Shown here piece after piece: positions 42,051 to 59,867 of a DNA stretch of 64,000 nucleotides (position 1 is the first letter of the stretch; each line of letters begins with the position of its first letter). The stretch lies in the NCBI RefSeq assembly GCF_009914755.1, contig NC_060926.1; one strand, 5' to 3'. The notes under the pieces are model-generated. The model made no database searches. It was not told the DNA's origin and was given only the letters and a program-made list of their open reading frames with translations. Source of the DNA: the human T2T-CHM13v2.0 reference genome, Homo sapiens. The translations under genes and the position numbers were made by a program.

Positions 42051-42699
42051 ATACTTTTGTGGTGAAAATTAAGTTAGTCATTTACGAAAGTATAGTGAAC
42101 ATATATATCTATATTATAATATATTAAACACAGATAGTGAATGCAACATTACATTACTGAGATGTTATTATAAGTATATTTATGCCATGAAAAAATTCTT
42201 ATACACAACAACTCAACTTCAAAAATAAGACCAAATGTAGAGATTATTTGAAAGAGTAAAGGTTTGTATCATTATAGATACAGCTTGAAGTTATCTAAGT
42301 CTTGTCAATCTGTGGAGCTAGATGTGGTCTTATTTACAATAATTCCTGAAGTTTCTTTGCATGGTAGCCATTACCTGCTAATGTGGGCCCTCCAGCCCCA
42401 TGCAAAGTACTTTCTCTCATCAAATATTTTTGCCATCCCTTGGGTGGAGTATCACATGTGTACAATTTCCCATGATTTTTACAGCTCTACTGGGCACAGC
42501 TGCTACAACTTCACGCCATTTCAACCAGAAGGCACGTATTTTCTTAGTTGGTGGCCACCCTCAGCTCTGAGCCTGCTGATGATACAATGGTACTATGCTG
42601 TTTGTTCAAAAATGATTATTCTTTTTATTAACCCTTTAGAAGCGTCCCAAAATACTTAGGGCAGGTTTATTACAGAGAATGGGTAAGTGTCTCATTCAG

Positions 42700-42840
42700 T
42701 TTTTACTTATAGCTCTTTTCCCCATTTTTGAAGAGAAAATGAGTTCAGGGAGGTTAAGTAATGAGCCTGATACCATATAACAAATCAGTGGCAGAGCTAG
42801 AGTTTGAACTCAGAGATCTGATCACAAATCCAGTGTTCTT
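42700..42840 (-). mobile_element. MIR
   Basis: CCCATTTTTGAAGAGAAAATGAGTTCAGGGAGGTTAAGTAA...GGCAGAGCTAGAGTTTGAACTCAG. Confidence 0.7.
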
Positions 42841-44324
42841 AAACACAGAATTTTTATGAAAGACATCCAGTTTCATAAGACAGCATTGAAATAAGCTCCA
42901 GGGATCAGATCCAGAAGTTTATCAAATCAGCAAAACATATTAAATAGAAATTCCTGAGCTGAAGCCAAGCTTAGCAACTAATTTGATGAAGTGTTCTTCA
43001 GAGTAAGCAGTGGCATATAGATCCATCTCTGTAACAGCGACTTGAGAACATCAGATATACTAAATAAATGAGATGCTTAAGAAATCAGTTCCCTGAAACT
43101 ACGACCATTTGAAACTGGTTTAAACCAGTTAACTATTTGTCTGACATTTAATATTGAAGCCTCATTAGAGACATAATTAGTTTTCAGAGGAGCAGGAGAT
43201 TGCTGATGACTGTAAAGATTTAAAGGACTACAGTGCCCTATGTGTATTTAAATTAAAGTAGCATCATTTTGATTTGGTAAGCTATTTTAGTATATTTAAA
43301 AATATTCATACTGTGATTCCTGATAAGAAAGATCTGAGGTAAACAGATTATATGTTTTAATTCCCACATTATAACTGCATAGAATTAGATGAAAGAAGAG
43401 TAATATCTTAGATAAAATATCTTATTAGACATGTTCATGCGTTCTGGAATTGGGGGTTAGAGAATGAGAAGGACTGTGCAACTTGTACTTTCCTATCCCT
43501 CTGTCTTTTTGAGAGCCACATGAGGATTCTCTTTGAGCATGAAGGGCCTAAGGGTAAAGGTAAATGTTTGCAGAAGCCTAGAGTAGAATAAGTCGTTCCC
43601 TAGAGGCCCCTCACATTTTGAACACTGTTTTGCATCTGTTTCCCTGACAGCCTCAGAAGAAACCACAACTCTTCTCAACATGAAGTTTCTTCTAATGTTC
43701 TTTGATTCTTTTTCTCTTCTCTTTCCATAAGGGGTTTAAAGTCCTATCCTTTCTGGTATCCTGATCCTCTCTTTCCCCACTGTCTTCCTTTCTTCTGCTT
43801 TTTAAAGTGAGTAGGAGCCCATATCTTAAGAGAAAGAAAAAGAAAATACTTTTGTTCTGACCTTCCCCAACCTTTTCTATATGGTATTTCATTTCTTTCT
43901 GGCTGTTTATGAGTCAGCTTTCCAAAGGTTAGTCTGACTTTGTTTTTGGATTCTCATTAGTCACTGAACCCACTTCAATTTGGCTTTCTCTAAATCTCCT
44001 CTCTAGAAGGTCACTTTATCCAAATACACTTGTCTGTGCTTATCTGTCTTGATATCTAAGCTTCTGTTGAAAATGCTGACAGTTTTCTTCTTGAAATTCT
44101 CTCCACCCTTTGTTTTCATGATCCCACGCCCTCTTTTTCTGTAATACCCTGGGTGACTTCTCTTTCTCAATATTGTTGGCTGGTAACCCCTGTCCCTCCT
44201 ACCCTCCATCATGGGAAAGAATGGGCTGGAGTGTAAATGAATCTTTGGTAATTCAGGCAGAATCTAGATTGTTGTCTCTCATGCATGTGGTAGAAAGAGT
44301 CCTTAATTGTTTAGGAAGAAGTGA

Positions 44325-44717
<393 letters not shown>

Positions 44718-46713
44718 AAAAAAAATGGTTATTTTCTTAAGATTTTAGATTCCTTAATATAAGAAAGAAGATGATGGCAATTTCTCTCTGCCTTTTAAAA
44801 ACTGCTCCTGAAAAGAAAAAGTATCAGACAGAAAAGAGCTAAAGAGGTTAAAGGAAGGCAGGTAAAGGAGCAACTAATATGGTCTAGAAAGTATCAGGAT
44901 ATATTTATCCTTTCCTACACAAAACAGAAAGTGGTCATTTTAAAGAAATGAACGAACACTTTAGACATTAGAGCTAATCACCTGACACATTGCTTGATAC
45001 TTATCTGTGAGGCAGCCAGAAATAGCAGGGGGAGGAGAGACCCCAGTAGAAACGCTCTAAGCCAATAGGGCTACAATCAGAGTTAAAAAGCAAGAAAGAT
45101 TCTAAAATGCATTGGCAATGAACCACTTATGAGTAGATATTTCTTTCAGTCATGATCTAAATTGTATGTTTTCTTAAGAAATGTCAAACTGAATTAGTAC
45201 CTAGTGTTTACTTAACTTGTGCTATTGTTTAAATTAAACAAATAATTTAATTAAAGAAACCACTACATGCTGTAAGACATAAATTGATGAAAATTTTTTG
45301 GTTAACACCATCTTCACCTGAAGTCAATTTATGTTTTCAATTAAATTAAAAAATATTTAGTGAGCATAGGCTAAATACCACTTTGCAAGGCTCTGGGGGG
45401 AAATCAGAGATAAAGCAAAATTCATAAATCTGGGTATAGACAATTTAATAAAGTTGCCTTCATTCTTTGTGAAATTAAAAAAGTAAAACCTGTAGGAAAG
45501 TAATAAGATAAAACTAGCAGCACCAAAAGAGGCAAACCAGTAAATCTCCATGCCATGAACTTTAAAATGTGGCAGTGAAGGAAAGAAATAGACTCTATCC
45601 CAACTCAGAGTGGCTGTTTACTCCTACTCCATCCCCACACACATACGTAGCACAAAATAATTCTGTGAATTTTTATTTAAAACATCCAATTTGAAAAGAC
45701 TTTGATTAAAGGTGATTTCTATACAGATTTCCAAATCTTACAGGAGACAATAAAACCCTGAAGAGTAGTAACTATTAACCACTACTGTAGAATCTCAGGA
45801 TCTTAGTAGAAGCTTGAGAGACCATTAGAAATCATCATGGCCAGGCTTCCATAATTAATGAGAAGAATAAGTGTATCTCCCTTATAAATAATGAATGTTG
45901 CTAACAGGTGGAGTGAACCCTAATGCAAGAAATTTAACAGTATGTTGAAGAAATATCAGAGGCAAGACCAGTGATGCCCTCCTTCCCCACTCATCCTTAG
46001 ACGTATGCTTAGGTTATGCAAAAGTGGATGTAGAAATACCCAATTCTCACTTGTAACTTGTGGCAAGAAGATAATAAATTAATGTGGAAATAATATCAAG
46101 AATGATCTATAGTTTGTCGTATCAAAATATAAAGAAATGGAATAGCAACTTTGTAAATATAACACATAGAGACAAATGTAAAAAACCACAATGTAGCTTG
46201 CTACAGGCAGATTAAGTAGGCAATATAGAAAAATTATCATGCAAGAAACAGAAAAAAATTTATTTGTCAATGCTCAGTGATGCAGAAATACTGAGTAACA
46301 ACATGACTCTCATGATCCCACAGCTAAAAATTCAGATGATAAGAAGAAACAGTGAAATAAAATGGAAAGAATATACCAAAATGGTACCACTACTGAATTG
46401 ATGAATAAATTACAAATAAAAAGGAAAATATAATAGGCAAGCTAAAAGTGAAATTACTGATCTGGATGAAAAGCTTGAGTTCATGTGTAGGGAAAAGACA
46501 TGGAAACAACTTGAAAAAAAGAGTGAGGGCAAAGACAATCCAACATAAGGACAATTGGTGTCACCCTTGGCAACTGCCCCACCTCCAACAAAAGAAAACA
46601 ACAAAAACAAATTATATAGTATCAAATTTTAAACTATAATACTGGAGTTGAAAGGACATTGATGATCCAACAACAACTTGCCTAGTGTGCTTAAGATAAA
46701 ATATTATTATTAA

Positions 46714-47025
<312 letters not shown>

Positions 47026-47705
47026 CCCTGAAATTTAATAATAATTATTCAGATGTACAGGCATAAAAAGCAAATTTCTCCTTCTCATAATAGCGCTAAA
47101 TTACAGAATATGGTAGGAGCAATATCCACATGATTTTAAAGGAAAGTGTGACCCAACATATATTTAAACCAGACAAATTATTTTTGTATTTCAAGGTACA
47201 GATATTCTCAAGCATGTAAGAATTAAAAACAGTTTTCTATGAGGCTTTCTAAAAAATAATTAATGATGAAATTCACTAAATCTGAGCAAGTTAAAAAGGA
47301 CTTAGCATGAAGAAGCTGTGATACAAACAGTATTTGTGAGTGTATATCTATCCTTAGAATTAAGGTTAAATAACTATGTTTTGGAAGAGAATGTAAACAT
47401 TATATCCCGAAATATAAGAATTAGAACCAAAAAATTTAAGGGTTACAAAAACAGTTTGAGGACAAATTAAAGTACTAATTTTTAAAATATTTCAGAGCAC
47501 AGTCAATTGATAACCACTACACTTGAAATATTGTTAAAATAATATTCTCTATTTTTTCACAATGTAAAATTATCTTTAAAGAGCTGTTACCTCTCGGTGA
47601 AGAAATATTTATTTGAAATTTACTAACTTCTAGAAATTTACATCACTATCTTTTTGTTCATTAAATTGAAGAAGTATTATAGAACCTGTAAAAACTAGCA
47701 ATATC

Positions 47706-47989
<284 letters not shown>

Positions 47990-48046
47990 CTAGCAATATC
48001 GTGGATAGTAGAAATCCATTAAATTAAAAAATTAATATATTCTTCT

Positions 48047-48268
48047 TTTTTTTTTTTTAATGGGTACAATGTATGTTATTTGGGTGAGGAATATACACTA
48101 AAAGCTATGACTTGACAACCACCCAATCTCTGCACATAACAAAGTTGCACATGTACTGCATAAATTTGTGCAAAAAATAAAACAGGTTCTATACTCTTTA
48201 TAAGGCAATTATTGACTTAAAGAGTAAATTGTTTCTCTTTCTCTTTGCCAAACCTCAAGTAAATAAAA
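48047..48268 (-). mobile_element. L1 3'-transduced segment plus second poly(A)
   Basis: Lies between the L1's own patterned A-tail (48269-48317) and a T13 run (48046-48058). TSD TATATTCTTCT at 48036-48046 and 54333-54343 encloses it together with the L1. Confidence 0.82.
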
Positions 48269-48277
48269 TTATTATTA

Positions 48278-48308
<31 letters not shown>

Positions 48309-48518
48309 TTTTTATTATACTTTAAGTTTTAGGGTACATGTGCACATTGTGCAGGTTAGTTACATATGTATACATGTGCCATGCTGGTGCGCTGCACCCA
48401 CTAACTCATCATCTAGCATTAGGTATATCTCCCAATGCTATCCCTCCCACCTCCCCCAACCCCACCACAGTCCCCAGAGTGTGATATTCCCCTTCCTGTG
48501 TCCATGTGATCTCATTGT

Positions 48519-52361
<3,843 letters not shown>

Positions 52362-52409
52362 TTATTTTGCTCGTTAGTTGATGCAGTTTCTTCCTAGTCT
52401 CGATGGTCT

Positions 52410-53426
52410 TTACATTTTGGCATGATTTTGTAGCGGCTGGTACCGGTTGTTCCTTTCCATGTTTAGCACTTCCTTCAGGAGCTCTTTTAGGGCAGGCCTG
52501 GTGGTGACCAAATCTCTCAGCATTTGCTTGTTTGTAAAGTATTTTATTTCTCCTTCACTTATGAATCTTAGTATGGCTGGATATGAAATTCTGGGTTGAA
52601 AATTCTTTTCTTTAAGAATGTTGAATATTGGCCCCCACTCTCTTCTGGCTTGTAGGGTTTCTGCTGAGAGATCCGCTGTTAGTCTGATGGGCTTCCCTTT
52701 GAGGGTAACCCGACCTTTCTCTCTGGCTGCCCTTAACATTTTTTCCTTCATTTCAACTTTGGTGAATCTGACAATTATGTGTCTTGGAGTTGCTCTTCTC
52801 GAGGAGTATCTTTGTGGCGTTCTGTGTATTTCCTGAATCTGAACGTTGGCCTGCCTTGCTAGATTGGGGAAGTTCTCCTGGATAATATCCTGCAGAGTGT
52901 TTTCCAACTTGGTTCCATTCTCCCCATCACTTTCAGGTACACCAATCAGACGTAGATTTGGTCTTTTCACATAGTCCCATATTTCTTGGAGGCTTTGCTC
53001 ATTTCTTTTTATTCTTTTTTCTCTAAACTTCCCTTCTCGCTTCATTTCATTCATTTCATCTTCCATTGCTGATACCCTTTCTTCCAGTTGATCGCATCGG
53101 CTCCTGAGGCTTCTGCATTCTTCACGTAGTTCTCGAGCCTTGGTTTTCAGCTCCATCAGCTCCTTTAAGCACTTCTCTGTATTGGTTATTCTAGTTATAC
53201 ATTCTTCTAAATTTTTTTCAAAGTTTTCAACTTCTTTGCCTTTGGTTTGAATGTCCTCCCATAGCTCAGGGTAATTTGATCGTCTGAAGCCTTCTTCTCT
53301 CAGCTCGTCAAAGTCATTCTCCATCCAGCTTTGTTCCATTGCTGGTGAAGAACTGCGTTCCTTTGGAGGAGGAGAGGCACTCTGTGTTTTAGAGTTTCCC
53401 GTTTTTCTGTTCTGTTTTTTCCCCAT
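52410..53426 (-). CDS. L1 ORF1p, full length 338 aa
   Basis: MGKKQNRK...QNHAKM, open frame. REKG and ARR motifs intact; YPAKLS changed to YPAILR. Confidence 0.95.
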   Translation of the reverse strand: MGKKQNRKTGNSKTQSASPPPKERSSSPAMEQSWMENDFDELREEGFRRSNYPELWEDIQTKGKEVENFEKNLEECITRITNTEKCLKELMELKTKARELREECRSLRSRCDQLEERVSAMEDEMNEMKREGKFREKRIKRNEQSLQEIWDYVKRPNLRLIGVPESDGENGTKLENTLQDIIQENFPNLARQANVQIQEIHRTPQRYSSRRATPRHIIVRFTKVEMKEKMLRAAREKGRVTLKGKPIRLTADLSAETLQARREWGPIFNILKEKNFQPRISYPAILRFISEGEIKYFTNKQMLRDLVTTRPALKELLKEVLNMERNNRYQPLQNHAKM

Positions 53427-53729
53427 CTTTGTGGTTTTATCTACTTTTGGTCTTTGATGAGGGTGATGTACAGATGGGTTTTTGGTGTGGATGTCCTTTC
53501 TGTTTGTTAGTTTTCCTTCTAACAGACAGGACCCTCAGCTGCAGGTCTGTTGGAATACCCTGCTGTGTGAGATGTCAGTGTGCCCCTGCTGGGGGGTGCC
53601 TCCCAGTTAGGCTGCTCAGGGGTCAGGGGTCAGGGACCCACTTGAGGAGGCAGTCTGCCCGTTCTCAGATCTCCAGCTGCATGCTGGGAGACCCACTGCT
53701 CTCTTCAAAGCTGTCAGACAGGGACACTT

Positions 53730-54078
53730 AAGCCTGCAGAGGTTACTGCTGTCTTTTTGTTTGTCTGTGCCCTGCCCCCAGAGGTGGAGCCTACAGAGGC
53801 AGGCAGGCCTCCTTGAGCTGTGGTGGGCTCCACCCAGTTCGAGCTTCCCAGCTGCTTTGTTTACCTAAGCAAGCCTGGGCAATGGCGGGTGCCCCTCCCC
53901 TAGCCTCGCTGCCGCCTTGCAGTTTGATCTCAGACTGCTGTGCTAGCAATCAGTGAGACTCTGTGGGCGTAGGACCCTCTGAGCCAGGTGCCGGATATAA
54001 TCTCGTGGTGCGCCGTTTTTTAAGCCGGTCCGAAAAGCACAATATTCGGGTGGGAGTGACCCGATTTCCCAGGTGAGT
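53730..54078 (+). promoter_or_regulatory. L1 antisense promoter region and its splice donors, co-oriented with PPP1R1C
   Basis: Corresponds to about positions 255-600 of the L1 5' UTR. Donors CAG|GTGCCG (53988) and CAG|GTGAGT (54073). Confidence 0.7.
53882..53956 (+). pseudogene. L1 ORF0, truncated to 24 aa
   Basis: MAGAPPLASLPPCSLISDCCASNQ followed by TGA at 53954-53956 (CGA>TGA, a CpG transition). Confidence 0.85.
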
Positions 54079-55704
54079 CCGTCATCCCTTTCTTTGACTC
54101 GGAAAGGGAACTCCCTGACCCCTTGCGCTTCCCAAGTGAGGCAATGCCTCACCCTGCTTCGGCTTGCGCAAGGTGCGCGCACCCACTGACCTGCGCCCAC
54201 TGTCTGGCACTCCCTAGTGAGATGAACCCGGTACCTCAGATGGAAATGCAGAAATCACCTGTCTTCTGCATAGCTCACGCTGGGAGCTGTAGACCGGAGC
54301 TGTTCCTATTCGGCCATCTTGGCTCCTCCCCCTATATTCTTCTATATGTGTTTATGTAACAAGAATTATCTGGCATAAGATTCACCTGATAATGATGATT
54401 ATATTTGGATAGTAATATTGAGTGGCTTTCTTCACTATAGTGGACTGTCTTGCTTGAATTTTAAGAAGTGGACATTATTTTTATGTGAAGAAAAAAGTCG
54501 TTAAGTTGCTAAACATTCGGATAAAAATGTTTGGAGGCAAAAATAAAGTAAAAAAATTTAAATCATTTACTTAACTTAGTTATAGCCTGGAGAATTTGTA
54601 TTTATGACTTAGGATGTCATCATTTCTTCAAACACATTTTTTAAAAGAATTCAACAATATGTTAAAGGAGAAATCAAAAGCCTTGCTGTAATTACTTAGG
54701 CATAATTTGTATTACAATAGCCTCACTTCTTATTTTCTTATCAAATATCATTTTAGTCCCATTGCAATATGAACACTGATACAGCTCTTTGACCACACAC
54801 ATTGTTTTCCCATGATCAACAGCTGCTGAAATGTTTTACTAGAAACTTCAAAATTTATAAATTCTATAATTTATGGTTTATATATTCTACTATGAGTAAT
54901 TCTACTACTTAGCCAAACCTACCTAGAAGATTTTGTTAAAAGAAAAAAAGATTGATATTCACTTAGGAAGCATGTATGTATGATAAAGAAATTGTACCAT
55001 ATCTTATTTTTTCCACATTCCAGATCATAGCCCAATCTTAAACTCGGGAGATTGTTGGAGAGAGTTAGAAATTTTGGTGCCCCTTCATGGGGAAGTCCTA
55101 TGGGTATCAGTTTAAAGTTTAGTATTTATTTTTGCATTGGTAGAAGGTAACTTGTTCTTTCCTAAACATTTAAATTTGTGGTTACAGTGATGTAATACAC
55201 CAACAAATCATAGCAGATAAACATGGAAACTGGCCTTCTGAAATGTTCATAGTTCAGCCAAAAGTCAAGGGGGCCATCCCTTTCAACTGAGCTAATCCAA
55301 TCTAAAGAAGAGTTAACATATTGGTTTCATCAGAACTGAATATCAACTATTGCATTTGTTTCTAGACGTGGTTAACTTTTTCACCTCTTTCAAACCTTGC
55401 TTTAATGTCGGTTTCTCAATGAGACCTACCCTGTCTACCATATTTAGTTTGCAAACCCATTACTCTGCACTACTGGTTCGTTTTTCCATAATACTTATTA
55501 CCATCCAACATACCATATAATTAACTTATTTATTGTGTTTATTGTTTATGTCTCCATTACTAAGGGGAAAAGATCTTTGTCAGGTTTTTGTTCACTGGTA
55601 TATTCCAGGAGCCTAGAGCAGTTTCTGATACATAGTGGGCCCCACCACATACTTATTTTTGATGAATTTATTTCCATTATGTTCAGTGTCTCCATTCGTG
55701 CTGA

Positions 55705-55925
55705 AAGGCAGTATAGTTAGCAGTGTGGGCTCAAAGTTAGACTGCTTGGGTTCAGGTTCTAGTTCCACTACTTACAAGCTGTGTGAGCTGCCCTGGATTA
55801 TACAATGCCAGAGGTTCAATTTTCTCATCTATAAAAATGTTAATAATTCCACTACCTATTATGAGGATTAGAATAGCGTGATGGGATGAATAATGCCCAA
55901 CATACTAAGTGCTCGATAAATATTA
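55705..55925 (+). mobile_element. MIR
   Basis: TTCCACTACTTACAAGCTGTGTGAG...TTTTCTCATCTATAAAAATG...ATGAGGATTAG. Confidence 0.75.
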
Positions 55926-55939
55926 ATGCTTTCTCCTTA

Positions 55940-57640
55940 AGTTATCAATATATTCAAGCCTCTTATTTTAAAAACAAAACTTCTCTTGAGCTCTCTAGGC
56001 ATTACCTCATCTTCTGCCCTTCAGAGACAAACTTCTTGAGAGAGTTGTTGCAAATTCTTTATCTTTTATTTCATTTTAGCCTGTTGCAGTCTGACTTTAC
56101 CCCCAAATTCACTCCACTCCAATTGCTTTGTTAAAAGTTACTATTAATAATTATCCAATAATTGCCAAATCCAGTAATCATTTTTAAAGTCCTTGATCCC
56201 TCTCTACTACTTAACATTGTTAGCTATGTTAACTTTCTTGCAATTCTTTTCTTCCCTGATTTTTGTGATGTCCTCCTTTCCTTGCCACATCTTGCTCTGC
56301 TCCTAAGTTTCCTACCACACAAACAATGATCTTTCTAGAGCTTGTAATACCTATTCTCCTCATGACACCTATACTTACTCTCTTAATTTTATTTACTCTC
56401 ATAGTCTAAAACTGTCAGTCATATACTGATAACTTTCAAATCAGTGTCTTGAGCCAAAAATATTGCCTGATCTTTAGACGTCCATGTTTAAAAATCATCT
56501 GGATGTTTAACTCTGGTTGTCCCAGAGGCATATCAATTTAACATGTCTAAAAGTGAATTTATGACTTCCTTTAACTTTCCAAACTTGCTCCTTGTTATGT
56601 ATTCTTTAAAAACCAACTAATAATCAATTTTTGCCCATTTTGTCTCTTAAAATATTTCTCAAATGTGGCCCACATCTCCCTTATGACCACTGCTTAACTC
56701 AGGTCCTTATCATCTCCATTCTTTTACGATAACCTTGTCTCACTCCTTGTGCCAACTTTGCCGTTACCCTTCTCTTTTCCAACAGTCATATTCTTAAAAT
56801 ACACATCTGACCACACTATTCCTCTATTTATGAAGCCCTTCAAAAATTTTCTAAGAAGTGCAGAAAAAGTTCCAAGCTCATTTGTGTGATATTAAAGGCC
56901 CGCCACAATGTTTCCTATTTACCTTTTCAATCTCATCCTTACGCTAAATCGCTTTGAACTGCTTCTAGGTACCAGGACGCAGAAAAGTTTTAGAAATGTA
57001 TCATTGTATTCATGATATTCTCTGTTCCTGCAAAACTCTTCTGATCTTTCAGTGGCTAATTCCTCCTTTGTCAAGATTCAGGTTTAGAATCAAGAAGGCT
57101 TTTTAACTCCAGGCTATAATGTGTGTCTTCTAGAATTTTCTAGAATGTGTAGTGTTTTTTGACCCCATGAGCACACCATAATACATTTATTTATTAGTTT
57201 ATTCAATCAATGAAATATTTTTGAGTGCCTACTATGTCTAGGAAACTGCCCTATTCAGAATAGAGGCAAAATCATTTTCTTATACATTGTGCTATTAAGG
57301 ACAGGAAGACAAAGTTAAATCAATCACTACACAAATGTTTAATTTATGATAATTGTGATAAATGCTATCAAGTTGGATTAAAAGGTGGCATCAGAGTATA
57401 TAACAAGACAGATGTAGCTTAGTCTAGGTGGTCCAAGAGGGCTCAGTCATGGAATTAATACTTTCAGTGCAAAATATGGAAGAGATAGAGTATATATTTT
57501 TTAATTAGAAGGAAAAATATGTACAAAAGCCCTGAGGTGGGAAGAAGAATAACATGTTTGAGGAACAAAAAGAAGGTCATTGAGGCTGGAGAGCAGAGAG
57601 GTGGCAGAAAAAGCAGCATGACATGACACATTGATGTTTT
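55940..57640. mobile_element. Cluster of L2 fragments in both orientations
   Basis: L2-like motifs (ATTGCCAAATCCAGT, TTAACATGTCTAAAAGTGAA, TTTTTGAGTGCCTACTATGT). Boundaries approximate. Confidence 0.6.
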
Positions 57641-58556
57641 TATATTAAACTGTTTCTCCACAAATAGACTATAAACTTTTAAGGGCAGGACTGGTTTGAC
57701 TGATGTTTTAATTACTCATACCTATTCGAATTAATTCTGGTCAATTTAAGTAGAAGGCTTAAGTTGGAAGGATGTTAAGTCAGAAATGTGCGAATGTCAA
57801 TAAGTGGGCAGGCCACAAGTAGATCCAGGTATCTAAAAGGCAGTCTCATCAAACTTATCCAAAGAGGAAAAATGTAACTCCTCAAAAGTTATTAGGTTGC
57901 TGTTGGAAAGAAAATAGGAGGGTAGGCCACCAAAATCAGCAAATGTTCACATCATTTATCATGGTCCTAGGCACATATTAGGAATACAATGAATGTTTTA
58001 TGGATTGAACTGTACTCCTGTGGCTCCTTACACACCTTTAATGCACTACATTGTGATTATTTTGGGTCTGTCTCTTTTTGAAAGAAAGGACTGTGTCTGA
58101 TTGCACTTTTTATTCCCAATACCTAGCCCAGTGCCTGGCACCTCCTTGTTGCTCAATAAATGCTTTGTGAGGGAATGGGAAGTGACTGTATGCCCATGTG
58201 CACATCTGTTAAATAGTTCTGTAGTCTTGACTGTGAATCTGGGCTCTTCATCGCCACATCACCTTGCTTCCTCCCATCCCCATCATTGAATAGAGTGCCG
58301 AATTCACAGTGAAAGTTTATAGCATGAATGAATGGCAAAAATGGTTGTTATTATACAAAGCTGCTTTTACATTCAAACATTCAAATGCCTAAGTAAAATA
58401 TTTTTTCACAATATTTCATCAGCTTTTAGTAACTATTTAATTCTCAATTTTTCAACTGTAAGCCTCTAACAAATCATGTAAGTGCCTTACTTAAAAGAAA
58501 TTGCCATGAGGAATTATGCATAATTTGTTTCTTCATAGAATTTACTTCTTGGCATT

Positions 58557-58953
58557 TGATATAGTTTGTCTCTGTGTCCCCACCCAAATCTCATGTTAAG
58601 TTGTGATCCAGAGTGTTTGAGGTGAGGCCTGGTGGGAGGTGATTGAATCATGGGGGTGGTTTCTAATGTTTTAGCACCATCCCTCAAGTGCTGTCTCATG
58701 ACAAAGTTCTCATGAGACCTGGTTGTTTGAAAGTGTGTAGCACCTCCCCCTTCGCTCTCTCTCTCTCATGCTGGCCAAGTGAAGATGCACTTGCTACCCC
58801 TTTGCCTTCTGCCGTGATTGTAAGTTTCCCGAGGCCTCCTCAGCCATGCCTCCTGTGCAGCCTATGGAACTGTGAGTCAATTAAACCTCTCTTCTTTATA
58901 AATTACCCAGTATCAGGTAGTGCTTTATAGCAGTGTGAGAACAGACTAATACA
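58557..58953 (+). mobile_element. MSTA/THE1D-type MaLR solo LTR
   Basis: TGATATAGTTTG...ACAGACTAATACA, with 5-bp TSD GCATT/GTATT. Confidence 0.88.
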
Positions 58954-59082
58954 GTATTCTTGCTACCAATTCTAAATATCCCAAGGGGAAAAAGCTTAAT
59001 TGTTTCTGACTAATCCTAGAATGATTATACTATAAAGACTCATGCTATGTATGCTATACTCCCTCATTTCATTGTGTGTTTA

Positions 59083-59104
59083 TACACACACACACACACA
59101 CACA
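59083..59104. repeat. (CA)n microsatellite
   Basis: Directly visible. Confidence 0.9.
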
Positions 59105-59319
59105 TTTGCTTTTCCACATACAGGGATTGTGACTGAGCAGCAGAAGAGAAAACGGGCTCTCCAAAACAAGTCCTTTCAACAAAGTGAGTTAGAAGGCTGA
59201 AACTACAAATTCAACCTGAATTTGATTTCAATTTATTTGGTAACACAAAAAGCCCTTTTCCTTCTTACAATCTCTGTAACTCTATTTAGATAGTTTCTCC
59301 TCTTGAGGACTCAGTTGCT

Positions 59320-59500
59320 GTGCTTTGAACTGGTTTCAAATCCTGGTTTCTCCATTAATTATGTGACTTGCTTCTTTTATTGCCTGTAAATGGAGGCTGA
59401 TAATAACCACTCAATAGTTTTGTTGAGATTAAATAGAATATAACATGTTAAAATGCTTAGCACAGTCCTGATACAAACTAAGTACTTATTAAATAGTTAC
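59320..59500 (+). mobile_element. MIR
   Basis: TGTAAATGGAGGCTGATAATAACC...GAGATTAAAT...AAAATGCTTAGCACAGT. Confidence 0.65.
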
Positions 59501-59827
59501 TGGATTATTACTATTATTATTTGTTGCTTATTTCATGTATATAACTAAAATGCACAAACATTTTTAAACATGAAATTACTACACAGGTATACTAATACTT
59601 AATTCTGCTTTTCTGCATAAACGTAATTTTTAGTATTTAGATAGTTAAAATAACTACATTTATCTAGGTGATCTCTAAGGTATCTCTGCATTCTACTATC
59701 AACATTTCATAATTCTAAATTTATTGAGAATAGAAACCGTTATTATTATAACTTAACCTGATATATACATTCTCTCTGTCTCTCTCTCTATGTGTTTGTG
59801 TGTGTGTGTGTGTATATATATAAAACA

Positions 59828-59867
59828 TAATGGCAAATACCACAATTACTTTTGCACCAACCTAATA
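59828..59867. mobile_element. Half MADE1 (Hsmar1-type terminal inverted repeat)
   Basis: TAATGGCAAATACCACAATTACTTTTGCACCAACCTAATA matches one arm of MADE1; embedded in TG/TA microsatellites. Confidence 0.85.

Noticed and set aside
42264-42659. 131-aa plus-strand ORF
   Set aside because: Non-ATG start, no homology that I recognise, and not PPP1R1C-like.
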